A DNA stretch of 64,000 nucleotides from Epiperipatus broadwayi. Its lineage: Eukaryota > Animalia > Onychophora. Of this stretch, positions 52,285 to 64,000 are shown one piece after another (position 1 is the stretch's first letter; every line of letters begins with the position of its first letter). The stretch lies in the NCBI GenBank assembly GCA_028023455.1, contig JAQFVV010000010.1:6448001-6512000 (forward strand), read 5' to 3'. The notes beneath the pieces are model-generated. The model did no database searches and was not told the origin of the DNA. It saw nothing but the letters and a program-made list of their open reading frames with translations. The translations under genes were made by a program, and so were the position numbers.

Positions 52285-53050
52285 CTAAAAAAAAAAAATT
52301 GGGTTCAAATTTTATTTAACATAAAAAAAGAAGGAAAAAAGACAAAAATATAATATTTAGCAAATAAATCACAAACACAATTTATATAATTATTTTTCTA
52401 TCAATCTAATTTACATTTTGTTGTAAGTAAAAATATCATTTCTGATAAAATATTATGCTGAAAGACATTCTCATTTGGCTTAATTATATATATATATATA
52501 GGCTAAATGATAATACTTCACTTAGTTATAAAAAATTTCAAAAAATATTAATAACATGTATGTGTATTTATGGCATAGAAAGTCAAGGTAATACTGTCAA
52601 TCAGCTTGGAGGAGGAATTGGGTCAAGTAAATAAAAACTTTTTCACATTCCAATTAGACTTAAATTTTTTTCTTTAAGATAACTGACCTTTAGCTAATCC
52701 ACAAATCATTCAAAATGATTGATAAATGATTAAAACCAAATCTTTAATTTCTAACAACCAGCAAAACAATAAAAATATTTTACATACTTGATATAAAAAC
52801 ATTATTTATAGTAAAGTATTTGATAGACAGTTCAATTGAAAAACTTCTGAAAATATTTAAATTTTCAGAAAAAAACAAAACCTTTCTCTACCTTCATTAA
52901 ATGATTTTTGTCAAAAATATGAGAGTATCACATTTGACACTTATCAATCAAATTGTAGTAAATCGCTATATATATATATAAATTTATTATAATAAGATAT
53001 AATAAAATATCTATATATACAACAAAAAACATGAAAAAAATAAATTTTCA

Positions 53051-53097
53051 ATAGAAAAGCTTTTTTCGATACATACAATTTGTATCTTTTTCAATAT
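53051..53097 (-). ncRNA. Type I hammerhead-like motif with U3:A8 core variant
   Basis: AUA / UUGAAAA / extra A / GAUACA-AAUUGUA-UGUAUC / GAA / palindromic AAAAGCUUUU / UUC triplet / UAU; stem I is only 3 bp. Confidence 0.6.
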
Positions 53098-53288
53098 GTC
53101 TGCTGACGATTACCGTTAAATACATATAGCGACATCTATTCATAATAAAACCAACTAAAACAATATCAACATCATTATTTTACAAATATATACAATACAA
53201 CATAAAAATTATATATATTCCTTCATTGAGTATAGGATATTCAAATATACTCAAAAACATATAAAATATATTAATATTGATATTTTGC

Positions 53289-54785
53289 CTATCTATCTTT
53301 CCATTCATCTAATTTTAGCCAATTATTAGTCAAATTAATTGAACCTTTATAAATGTTCATGCAATTACTACCATTATTTTTAATATAACTAGTTTCATAT
53401 ACTTTACGCCTATTAACATTTTTCAAGTAATTTAGTGCAAATATATTTTTAGTACAATCTATTTTATGACCATATTCCAAATAATGTATAAACAAAGCAG
53501 ATTTATCATCTCTCCTATTTATACTTGCGTTATGTTCTTTAGCTCTTATTTCTAATTGTTTACATGTATGTCCATAGTATACTCTTTTACAAATACCACA
53601 TATAATTTTATAAACCATTCCCTTCTTATATTTTAAATTATCCATTATTTTATAGTTACCTATTAATTTATCCAAATCTTTACTATTTGCCCAACCTATA
53701 TTTATATCTTTTTTATTATTTACATAATTTTTTAATAATGCATTATATATTTTAGGATGATATGAAATTTTTATCCATTTATTATTAGATTTATTACATC
53801 TATTATATTTATTTTTATAAAAAATATTATCTATACATTTACTTTTATAACCATATTTAATATATAAATTTTTAAATTGCTCTTTATGTAATTTAGTTAT
53901 ATTTTCATTCGTATTATATCTATCGTTTTTAATTTTAAAATTTTTAATTACTGCAAGTTTTTGGGTCCATGCCTGTTGTGAATCGACAGCAATTATTTTC
54001 CTCATATTATCTTCTTTTATAAAATGTTTTAATACAATTTTTTTATTATCATCTAAACTAAGCTCTATGTCTAAATATTTTATTTTTTGTTTAATTTCCG
54101 AAATTGTAAATTTTATATTATATATATTTTTATTAAAATCATTATACATATGTTTTATTATTCTTTTATTACCAATTATTAAAGTATCATCTACATAACG
54201 AAAATAATGTGTTATATCCTTATTAATCAATCTATTTTTAACTATATTAATCTCTAACTCATCAATAAATATTGATGAAATCAAACCACTAATAGCACAA
54301 CCCATCACCCATCCTTTATTTATATACCAATATTTATTATTATATTTAAAATATAAATTATTATGTATTAACATTAAACATTCTTCAATTATTTTTACTA
54401 TTTTCATATCCTTAATTTTTCCATACAATTTCTTTATTAATATTTCAATACTTTTTATTCTTGGGATACTAGGGTACATTTTTTCAATGTCCATTACAAA
54501 AATGCTATTACATCTATTTACCTGTATATTATTTAATTTATCTACTATATCGTCTGTGTTTTTAATACAATATTCACCGTAACCTAATATTTCTGCTAAC
54601 CCTTTATTTAAATAACTACTAAACTTTTGTAATATAAAATTACTAAAATTAAATAATAATCTAATTGGATTATTATCTTTATGAGTTTTTATTTTAGCAA
54701 AAACATAAGGGTTTTCAAAAGATGAAGGGTATAAAGATCTATATTTTTTCATATCAATAACATTATTATCCCTCATTTTTATCAA
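53289..54785 (-). CDS. PLE reverse transcriptase + C-terminal GIY-YIG endonuclease (498 codons; frame stays open to about 54870)
   Basis: KIKTHKDNNPIR, VMDIEKMYPSIP, GWVMGCAISG, YFRYVDDTLII, GMVYKIICGICKRVYYGHT..LEIRAKEH, ALFIHYLEYGH; upstream in-frame Y..L..DP motif. Confidence 0.93.
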   Translation of the reverse strand: MIKMRDNNVIDMKKYRSLYPSSFENPYVFAKIKTHKDNNPIRLLFNFSNFILQKFSSYLNKGLAEILGYGEYCIKNTDDIVDKLNNIQVNRCNSIFVMDIEKMYPSIPRIKSIEILIKKLYGKIKDMKIVKIIEECLMLIHNNLYFKYNNKYWYINKGWVMGCAISGLISSIFIDELEINIVKNRLINKDITHYFRYVDDTLIIGNKRIIKHMYNDFNKNIYNIKFTISEIKQKIKYLDIELSLDDNKKIVLKHFIKEDNMRKIIAVDSQQAWTQKLAVIKNFKIKNDRYNTNENITKLHKEQFKNLYIKYGYKSKCIDNIFYKNKYNRCNKSNNKWIKISYHPKIYNALLKNYVNNKKDINIGWANSKDLDKLIGNYKIMDNLKYKKGMVYKIICGICKRVYYGHTCKQLEIRAKEHNASINRRDDKSALFIHYLEYGHKIDCTKNIFALNYLKNVNRRKVYETSYIKNNGSNCMNIYKGSINLTNNWLKLDEWKDR

Positions 54786-56857
54786 TAATTTTATATATCT
54801 ACCCTTTATTCGTCCAATAGGATCCTTATTTAAAACATCATAACCTTCTTTTTTTATTTCACATTCTTTTTATATGGATATATATATATACTGAACAAAA
54901 GATATGTATAAGAGATTGTTGTCTGAAACAACTGGTAAATGCTAGTTCATTATGTGAAATGTGCATCTTGGAGATCATAAATCTTTTTCACATGTCTTTG
55001 GTCTTATGTTTAGAATTACATCCCTCCACAAAGTGTTAAAAGTGGGTAGAAACCAGTCCCTACCTTGTGTGAGGATGGTGTAGTGAGGATGACACTACAG
55101 TAATATTACTCATTATTTGCTAATCTCTAGTCTAATGAGTAACTAATAAAAATTATTAAAAACGTTTATATATATATCTTTTTTTTTTTTTATTGTACAC
55201 TTAAATTTTTAAGTGTGACAGTACTAAATTACCTGAGTAAATAATTACATATTTCTTGTGTAAGATAAAAATAAAAATTAACAGATTTATAAAAGTAACT
55301 CTGTTTAATAATTAAAAGTTTATAATATTTTGTCTAATTAAATTCAGGTTCATAAACTAGAACATTAAACATAGTATAAATTTTAGAAAGTTTAAACATT
55401 TTTCAAGGAACTTATTGTGAATAAGTAAAAAATTATTCTAAAATAAAAGGTCTCATGACTCACCCATTTACATTTGATATATACATTAACATTAGAAATT
55501 ATATAGTTATTTACAGATGCATCAACAAATGATAGTAATTCCAATCAGTTCCTTAAAATATTTATTTGCTGATTATTATCCTTCAACATTAGGAATCTCT
55601 GAATTGTCCAATATCTATCCAACAGTCTTCTTTACTTCTATTATGATTCAAGTTAAGGCTTCTGTTCTAAACCCAAATCAATCCTGTTTGATTTATAAGA
55701 GCAAGTTGGTTTGGTTAAAAACCTTCAACTTTCTTTAGCTTCAATAATTTAATAGAAATAAATGTGATTGTTAGATGGACACATGCAATTTAATAGGCAA
55801 ATAACCAGAAACTAGTCTAGATATTTGGTTGGTACCATCTTCTATTTTCCATTAATTTCTTTCACTTACAAATGATTTCAGAAGTGTGTGATATAAAGAG
55901 GATTATTTCTAATAAGTAGAAAATTTGTTTTAATCTCTACTTTTAGTATCCTTTAAAATCATTTCCATTTGTAGTTATTTCAATGTTTTTCTTAGGGTGA
56001 AGATATTGAAGTTGAAAATTCATAAAAATCACTATGCCTCTGGTCGTCCATTGAGTCTATTTTAGTATAAATCACAGATTTTTCACTTTAACTTTTTCAG
56101 CGTTGTTGGCGTTAAGTAAGCGCTTCGTGTGCTCATTTGATGACGTGTTATTTTCTTTCTTTACTGATGTAAAAAGTATACGCATGACATTAATCAAAAT
56201 ATGCTCATTTTAAAGCTCGATGTCTAAGCTTTCAAATGATCTTTATCTCAAAAAAATCGGCTGAAATTTGGATTTTTGGCAACAATTTTAATCGACCACA
56301 ATATTTAATTTTTTTGTTTTTTTTTGATAATTTTTGTACTTATCACGAAGCGATAAAAGACAAAAATGATTTACAGGCTGCAAGTGAAAATATCTCCGGT
56401 GTTATTCACAAACAAGGCCTACAATAGAAATTCAATGTAATTTTCTCGTAAGTAAAATTTTTAAATTTTTTGGAATTTTTTTTTCTTTTAATAATTTTAG
56501 TTTGTAATTAGTGTGTGTTAATTTGTAGTTATATATGTTCATATAGAATTCATATCTATCATAATTTTTTAATGTTCTACCTACACTTTTGGAAAATCAT
56601 TAATTATGTTTATTTAATATGGTTTACAAGTACTGAGTTATAAAACTAATAATCAAATGTATACAAACATTGCATACACAAACATATAATCAAATTCTGA
56701 TTCTTGTTTATGTTTTTGTTTATTCTTGTTCATGCTTTGGTTTTACTATATGTTTCATAACATTATTTTCAAGTTTATAGCTAATAAATAAACTATATGC
56801 AAATGCATTATATCTATGTGGTACAATAAATATAACAAGATAGCATCACTTCTGTGC

Positions 56858-57160
56858 ATAAAGAATATAAACATCACTGGTGTCCATAAAGAATATAAAC
56901 ATCACTGATATACATAAAAAAATATAAAATGAAGAGATGAAACTCATTTTATCAGTGATATAGACAGTAACCTACAATTTCTAGTTTTAGATAGACAAGA
57001 AGCCAATTGCTATGATGATTTCTTTTGTATCTTGTTTTGGAGGATGAAGCTGTGGATTTATAGACGCCTTTGACATTTAGAACATTTGGGGTACAAAGAT
57101 AAATTGCTATGATGATTTCTTTTGTATCTTGTTTTGGAGATTATGAAGCTGTGGATTATC
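56858..57160 (+). repeat. Short local tandem duplications
   Basis: cataaagaatataaacatcactg about 3 times (56858-56930); about 52-bp aattgctatgatgatttc...gctgtggatt twice (about 57007 and 57103). Confidence 0.7.
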
Positions 57161-58191
57161 CCAGGTAAGACATGTTATACATGTTTAGAAAGATAATTTT
57201 GTGAGAAATATAAAGAAATTATCACTGAAGATGTATTTTGAATTTTAGTTAATGTTAATTTCCAAATTATGAACAAACAATAAAATAATAATTATTTCGG
57301 ATGTGAAAATTTCTTTTTTTCCCTTATTTTTTATATAGTTATCACTATTTATTTTATGCTTATTGTTTTCCTTAATTTTTCTAGTTTCTAGCAATGTAAT
57401 TGTTTTTGCTCTAACATAATTAAAACTGAAATTATTGTGAAAATTGTGTCTCAGGACAGTATTTTAAAAAATTCAATATGGCGGCTTAAAGCTGAAGTAG
57501 TTAAACATTGTACCAATGTTTATCTTTTTAGCCATCATGATCACATTTTGGGTTGTTGTCAATTATTGTCTATTCATAAAATGAAGAGCAGGATTTAATG
57601 AAATGTTCTAAAATGTTGTACTTTCCAAATCATACATTACTTTATCAGATTATAAACTAATTAGAATTTAAGACAATTGACGGCAAATAAAATGCATCAA
57701 TGTCTAAATAGTAATTATAAAAATAATTATACTAATATTTATTTAAGATTAAAAAACTCCTTCTCAAAGAATGAAATATAAACAATAATAATAAGTAATT
57801 GAATTTATAAGAAGTTTGAACATCAGAGCTCGGTTGCAATTCAATGGATTTTGAGTTTCAGAATGCAACAAATCATGCAGAGAAAATATAAGATAACTAT
57901 AGATAGATAAACAGATTTTAAATATTTGACTGCAAGACAAAAATCACTCCAGCAATCAACTAAAAAGAAACAGTGGAGGAGAAAGAATTATTCACCAGGT
58001 TTGATTTCTGTTAAATGATAAAGGGTTTCATGTTGGACTAATCTTGTTTTACCTTCTACATAAGTATAGATGTGAATTAATTAACCAAAAATGTGAATCA
58101 CATTTGAATTCCAGATATTTGGGTACTAAGTCATAAACCTTGCATATAAATAAAATAAAAATATAGAAGAAAAAAAAATCAAATTTTATAC

Positions 58192-58323
58192 CGCAGTAAG
58201 GACAGTAAATGCTTCTGGATCAATGATATAGATGTCTTTATTTTCTGTTCCCACAACCAAACAACTTATAGCATCATCATCAGCCATTGATTTTTTTAGA
58301 GTAGCTACGCATGTAATAACTGT
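58192..58323 (-). CDS. BBS1: BBS1 exon ([44 protein letters not shown])
   Basis: AG/GT boundaries, 132 nt; close to the BBS1 motif [44 protein letters not shown]. Confidence 0.95.
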
Positions 58324-58512
58324 CTAAACAAAGCCATAAGAAATTAAGAATATGTTTACTGAACATAATAATATTTACAATCTCAAAAAAAAGAGAAGCA
58401 AGCATATTTATAAAAATCATACAAAACCAAAGCAGACTAGTTACTAAAGTATTCAATCGAATAAAAGAAAAGTTTTATATTTTATGAGATTATACCTATT
58501 AATTATTTTTAC

Positions 58513-58585
58513 CTGTCTTTTTAAAGGAGCATGTTTGTTTAAATTAGCAAATGTTTCTAACTGATCAGGTTCTAGCATTAAAAAC
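58513..58585 (-). CDS. BBS1: BBS1 exon (FLMLEPDQLETFANLNKHAPLKRQ)
   Basis: ttttag acceptor, GTAAAA donor, 73 nt; resembles human [24 protein letters not shown] (recalled). Confidence 0.85.
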
Positions 58586-61500
58586 CTAAAAGAAAAAAAA
58601 AATACTGAACTATATATAATTTTAAGTAAATAATGGAATTATATAATTAAATTTATAAAACATGTTTTATAATAGAATGCTTTCAGATAATACAAGCATA
58701 ATTATTTTCAACTTATTAATTAATTAATGTTTTCATAAAAAAATTTAAATTAATATTGTAATGGGATTTCAGATGAGTAAATTTTAACTCCTCATATTTG
58801 GATTGCCAAATGAATGAGATTTTCTCTTTATTGACTCAGTCATAGATTGATGATGAGCATACTATAGGGTATTGCCAGTTTATAAGTCTATTGTTGATAA
58901 TGTTAGTCCACTACAGTAATATTTTCTGCTCATTATATATATGCCCTTAATATATGCATATTATCCATATTATATCTATTGGGAATATGGTCTACAAGAT
59001 CTGAGCTCACTAAAATATTTATTTGTTTATGGGTTGGTATTATAATCCAAATCCCTGACAGTGCTACCAGTAATCCCAGTTTGAACCCAAATCCAATTTG
59101 TGGTCATCCCATCAGGACTGAACTGTAGAACTATAGTTTGGGGGTACACAAACTCATCCATGATATTACACTATTTAGTTCAAACCTCTGAAAAAATTTG
59201 TGGAGTACATAAATGAGAAATGAAGAAAGGTTAAAAGTTAAAATTTAACAATGATTTTATTCATGCGTAAAAATAATATGATACATTGATACATTCCCAC
59301 AGATAATGGTCTCTACCAAAACGGAGAATACAACTATCGATAAGGCATTGATGATCAACTTTTCTAGGTAATGGTGTTTTAATAATAGTCGAAACTGTTA
59401 GAAAATTAAAGGAATTATATAAAAAATTTTGCATTTTGCATTAGGGTGTATATGTGGAGATTTATAAAAATTAATATAACTTCCATTATCATCTATGTAT
59501 TAATTTAAACAGTATTTCATTCATTTTATATGTCTGATAGATGTTTTAATAATATAAATAAAAAAATAATAATACAAATAAGAAAATAATTTCCTAATCA
59601 ATTAAAATAGATAATACATAAAAAAATCATTACTCTGAAAAAATCAAACATATATTCGAGTAATTGGGTTAGTATTAAATTCTAACAAAATCAGTGATAG
59701 TTTATGATCTTAATAAAATTATTTTCACTGTAGAAAAAAAAAAAGAACTTACTTCTTATCCTGTTTATTGATAAACAATTCAGTCTGTTTATTGTTAGTT
59801 TCTTCTTTTATAAAAAAAAACCACACACATAAAATATTTATTTGAAAGAGAGTATTAATACATTCCACTAACTACTGTGGGAACTCAATTTATAAATTAT
59901 GTTATTTTTTGACTTATTCAATGCTACAATATATAAAACTCTTTTCAGAAGAAGATTGGTTGCTTGTGAAAATTCAAAGGAATTTTACCTCAAATTTTCA
60001 CACTTATAAAGTAATTATGTCCGACTTATAACTCTTATATCACCTAGAATGAATTATATAAATACTACTGTTATTACTAGATCACTTAATTTTTGTTTGC
60101 AATGCCAGTTGTAATTGGTTGTTGCCTGGTTTAGCAAAAAATTTAAATTTTATCTATATTATTACACAGAAAATTTCCCAATTTTTAAATTAATATACAT
60201 ATGTGCAATTTAATATTATAAAGGATTTATTAAAGCTTATAAATATAATTCTAAATGCTAAATTGTTAAAATTATGCCTAATTTGAGTTGAAAAACAATG
60301 GCAAACAATAATGATTATAATGTTTCAGATAATTTTAAGTCATAAATATGAATTATAAAATATATTTATTCTATGTAATAAAACATTGTATCTTATAAAT
60401 TATTAAAATGTTATTTATAACTCTGAGTTAAAGTTTCTAGGTAATTGAAATAATAATCTGAACAAACCAACAGGCAAAAAACTATATATTTAACCTCAAT
60501 TCAAAAAAACAAGACAAACTTTTTAAGAGAAAAGAATGGACAGTTTTTCTTTTATCTAAATTCATTTAAATAAGCATATCTGAAGCATTTTGGAAAGAAA
60601 GCATAAAGATTTGGATGTATCCATATGTATGATTATATACATTAGGACACAATGTTTTCAAGTACTCAGAAGAAACGTGGAGCATATAAAAGTGTAGAAA
60701 TTTTTAAGCCGTACAAAATGGCTAAGCACAAAGCCAGACGTATTATATTACAGGTGAAATGCAAGATGGTAAAAGAGCTTGAGCACCTTATGGATATGTA
60801 TCAAGAAAGTTTTGATGATATTGAACAAAGAAGGAACTCATATTTTTCAGGAGGCACAAATCGTAAATTTTACTCTCAGAGTAAAAAAGTCAGAGCTCAA
60901 ATAAGTAGGTGGAGAAACCCATCAGTATGATGTTAAACCACCGGATAAAGCTACGAAAATCCGCATATTAACTCGGTAATATGGGATGGAGGTAGTAAGA
61001 ATAAAAGATATATATATATATATTTTGTTGCTTACAAAGTGTAATATAAGGATGAGTAGTAGTAGTTATTTATTGATCATTCCATTGGAGGGTAGTGAGT
61101 GTAGATTTTTGGGTTTCTCAGGCATGATATGTAGGGGCTGAATTGTATCTGGGTTTCTGTCCTCTCGGAAGGCAGCAAGGATTCAGTGGGTCGGCCGGAG
61201 ATCTATATGTAGTTTGGAATTTCTATGACTTTGTAATAGTGTATGTACTCCATTTGCACGGGGGGTACTGTTTAGCTGAGAAAAGAGAAATAATCTTTTC
61301 TCGGAGACTACCATACCTTGTGATGCGAAAAGACCCTGTAAGCCTTAAAAAAAAGAAGCATGGGTGCATTTACTAAGGTTATTCATTTAAATTGGCTCTT
61401 CGAAAATGAAGAGTTCGTTCTTTCGGTTCTAAAATGCAAAAAGATCCCGTGAGCCTCTAAAGACGTGAGCAGGGATGCATTTATTGAACATTTTCGGTAC

Positions 61501-61701
61501 TTGATATATATTGTTTGTCATAGAGTTTCGGATGAAGTATGGGCCTTTGGACTGATGTGCTGGGTTATTGTTGTTTCATTCCAGATGCGGGAATATGATA
61601 TTGGTTGCTTGGACATATTAGTGCTTGGGAGCTCGGGTTTGCATTTCTGCCCATCAGATGCGAGGGTCTCCAGTTATTTATATAAAAAGAGAGAAAAAAA
61701 A

Positions 61702-63714
61702 CATTCGTTGCAGAGCATTCATAGCAGAGCATTCATTGCAGAGTAAGAGAGCAGAGCATTCGTTGCAAAAGAACAGCGTGGGAATTGAATATTAGCAAAC
61801 TATAGAGACAGAGTTGTCGCAGACTATTCGCTATTCTGATTACTTAAAAACATTGTGTCTTAATGTATATAATCATACATATGGATACATCAATGGCGCA
61901 GTCGCATTTGGAACCTGTGAGTAGCGAATAAGTTTTGCATTACAACAAGTTTACGTGAAATAAGAATGGTAAAAGTTTGGAAATAAAACGCTTGCGCAGT
62001 CACCACCAGAAGCTGAATCCCACCACACTTCCGCAGTCACCATTGAACGTAACTGGTGAAGAAGTTCGGCAGCAGTTTGGAATGGAATATTTCTGAGTGA
62101 AATAACAGGAAATATGTTTCCTCCAAGTAGAAAAAAAAACAAAACAACAACAACAAAACACCAAGGAATCACAACAAGGGTTTTTCCGGAGTGGAGGAAG
62201 GTGTAGTATTTTGTAAAAATGGCAGACATGTTTGTGCACTCTGGAAAAACTAAAATGTATTCGAGAGGTTGTTTTTAGATCACGCGCTGATAACTGTGGA
62301 ATTTAATTAAGGCATTGACGTAATGGTGATCGACAATTCCAAGAAATATTTGCTGATTGCAAATATTTCTGGATAAGAGACGTTACCGTATTGGACAGTG
62401 TATTAATTGCTGCAGTTATCAGAAAGCTATAGAAAGACTGTATAACAACTACGCAGGGCAGTTATCAGAGAGCCACAGTATAGAGTGTGAGCAGTGAGGA
62501 GTAGCAGGCAGTATTCATGTGCATCTACAGTAGACGTTGCTGTTCAATTCCAGTAGGAGACATCTAGCGTCAGTGCTTGCGGTTAATGTCCAACGCCAAG
62601 TGGAAATGTAGTTCACGGGTATAGCTGAAGGAGACCACAGCCTGAGGAAACCATCTGGATAGCAGCTGAATAAAGAGTTGAGTTTCCAGCGGTTTTCAAG
62701 TGAAGTAGACTATTGCAGAGATGGAAGCTGTAAGGAGCTCAAGGTCAGTCGCAGTGCTTACTATGAAGAGTTTGTGTACAGCTAAACTGGACTGGGGCTA
62801 AGGTATGCCCATTGTGAACCGTTTTTGTAGCAGCCAGCCTGAAAGAACATCGAGGGAATTGAAATTTAGCGAACCATAGAATTGATGTATCCATATGTAT
62901 GATTATATACATTAAGACACAATGTTTTTAAGTAATCAGAATAGCGAATAGTCTGCAACAACTCTGTCTCTATAGTTTGCTAATATTCAATTCCCACACT
63001 GTTCTCTTGCAACAAATGCTCTGCTCTCTTACTCTGCAACGAATGCTCTGCTACAAATGCTCTGCAACAATGCTCTGCAATGAATGCTCTGCTATGAATG
63101 CTCTGCAACGAATGCTCTGCACGATCTGCTACGAATGCTCTACAATGAATCTATTTCTATTACAGGAATTGAACAGGAATGTCTACTGTAGATGCACCCA
63201 AATACTGCCTCTAATGTAGATGTTCCTGTTCAATTCCGGTAGTAGAAATAGATTCATTGCAGAGCATTCGTAGCAGATCGTGCAGAGCATTTGTAGCAGA
63301 GCATTCATTGCAGAGCATTCGTTGCAGAGCATTCATAGCAGAGCATTCATAGCAGAGCATTCATAGCAGAGTAAGAGAGCAGAGCATTCGTTGCAAGAGA
63401 ACAGCGTGGGAATTGAATATTAGCGAACTATAGAGACAGAGTTGTTGCAGACTACTGCCCTGCGTAGTTGCTATACAGTCTTTCTATAGCTTTCTGATAA
63501 CTGCAGCAATTAATACCTTGTCCAATATGGTAACGTCTCTTATCTAGAAATATTTGTAATCAGCAAATATTTCTTGGAATTGTCGATCGCCATTACGTCA
63601 ATGCCTTAATTAAATTCCACAGTTATCAGCACGCGATCTAAAAACAACCTCTCGAATACATTCTAATTTTTCCGGAGTGCACAAACATGTCTGCCATTTT
63701 TACAAAATACTACA
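61702..63714. repeat. Nested inverted-repeat complex with a 14-15-bp minisatellite (gaatgctctgc.ac/at)
   Basis: 61702-61894 inverts about 62881-63080; 62949-63180 inverts 63221-63454; 62202-62461 inverts 63455-63714. Confidence 0.85.
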
Positions 63715-64000
63715 GATCTTTAATTAATCATATTACTTTTTTAAAGCTATATTTCAAATTGCTTTTTATTATTTTGACATTTGCAAAAATTTTCAATTTA
63801 CAGCTTGTCAATATCAAATAACAAAATATATAAATATAAACTTCCCCAACCATCAATATTATGTAATACACTAGATTAATATGCCAACACTGATTTATTA
63901 AGTAAATAAAATATTCTCAGTCGAAAGCACAAGATAAAACATTTTAAGAGAAAAGAATGGGTTCTTTTCTCTTTTACCTAAATTCATTTAAATAGGCTTA

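Larger units (their letters stand above)
52981..54877 (-). mobile_element. 5'-truncated, relatively young Penelope-like element inserted in a (TA)n tract
   Basis: Flanked by (TA)n at about 52968-52980 and 54878-54890; long open frame followed by a 3' UTR with a hammerhead-like motif. Confidence 0.85.

Noticed and set aside
53090-53160. SECIS element in the PLE 3' UTR (Naiad-like selenoprotein)
   Set aside because: The ATGA...TGAA helix geometry does not fit, the ORF has no in-frame TGA, and the endonuclease is C-terminal rather than N-terminal.
59748-59790. The expected next upstream BBS1 exon (about 39 nt)
   Set aside because: It has a GTAAGT donor, but the candidate is 32 nt and does not resemble the expected peptide. 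No convincing candidate was found in 58586-64000.
61330-61560. Parvoviral NS1 helicase relic (minus-strand FAF*...FIFEEP)
   Set aside because: No Walker A motif upstream in any frame I read, and the match is only a few residues.
62977-63219. 80-aa ORF with repeated MLC units
   Set aside because: It is a translation of the 14-15-bp minisatellite.

Overview
AT-rich animal (probably invertebrate) genomic DNA with clear CpG decay in its repeats. Most of the window (8855-58585, minus strand) is the 3' two-thirds of BBS1 (Bardet-Biedl syndrome 1, BBSome subunit). I could reconstruct ten exons with GT-AG boundaries and continuous reading phase. Converging on it are the last two putative exons of an unidentified plus-strand gene (1536-1607, 4368-4463). 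The introns and intergenic DNA are packed with mobile elements: five copies of a ~90-110 bp tRNA-Gly-derived SINE (four with target-site duplications), a Merlin DNA transposon with TIRs and an 8-bp TSD, a gypsy integrase relic, a non-coding LTR element (1.8-kb LTRs, Lys PBS, 4-bp TSD), RTE/CR1 relics, and many Penelope-like elements (PLEs), one with a 498-codon open RT+GIY-YIG frame. The most striking pattern is a set of outward-facing palindromic PLE derivatives whose arms carry minimal type I hammerhead ribozyme motifs. Across families the catalytic 3:8 pair appears as C:G, U:A and A:U. One PLE carries a tRNA-Phe-derived Pol III promoter just upstream of its hammerhead-like motif. All structural calls were made by eye; no database search or folding program was run.
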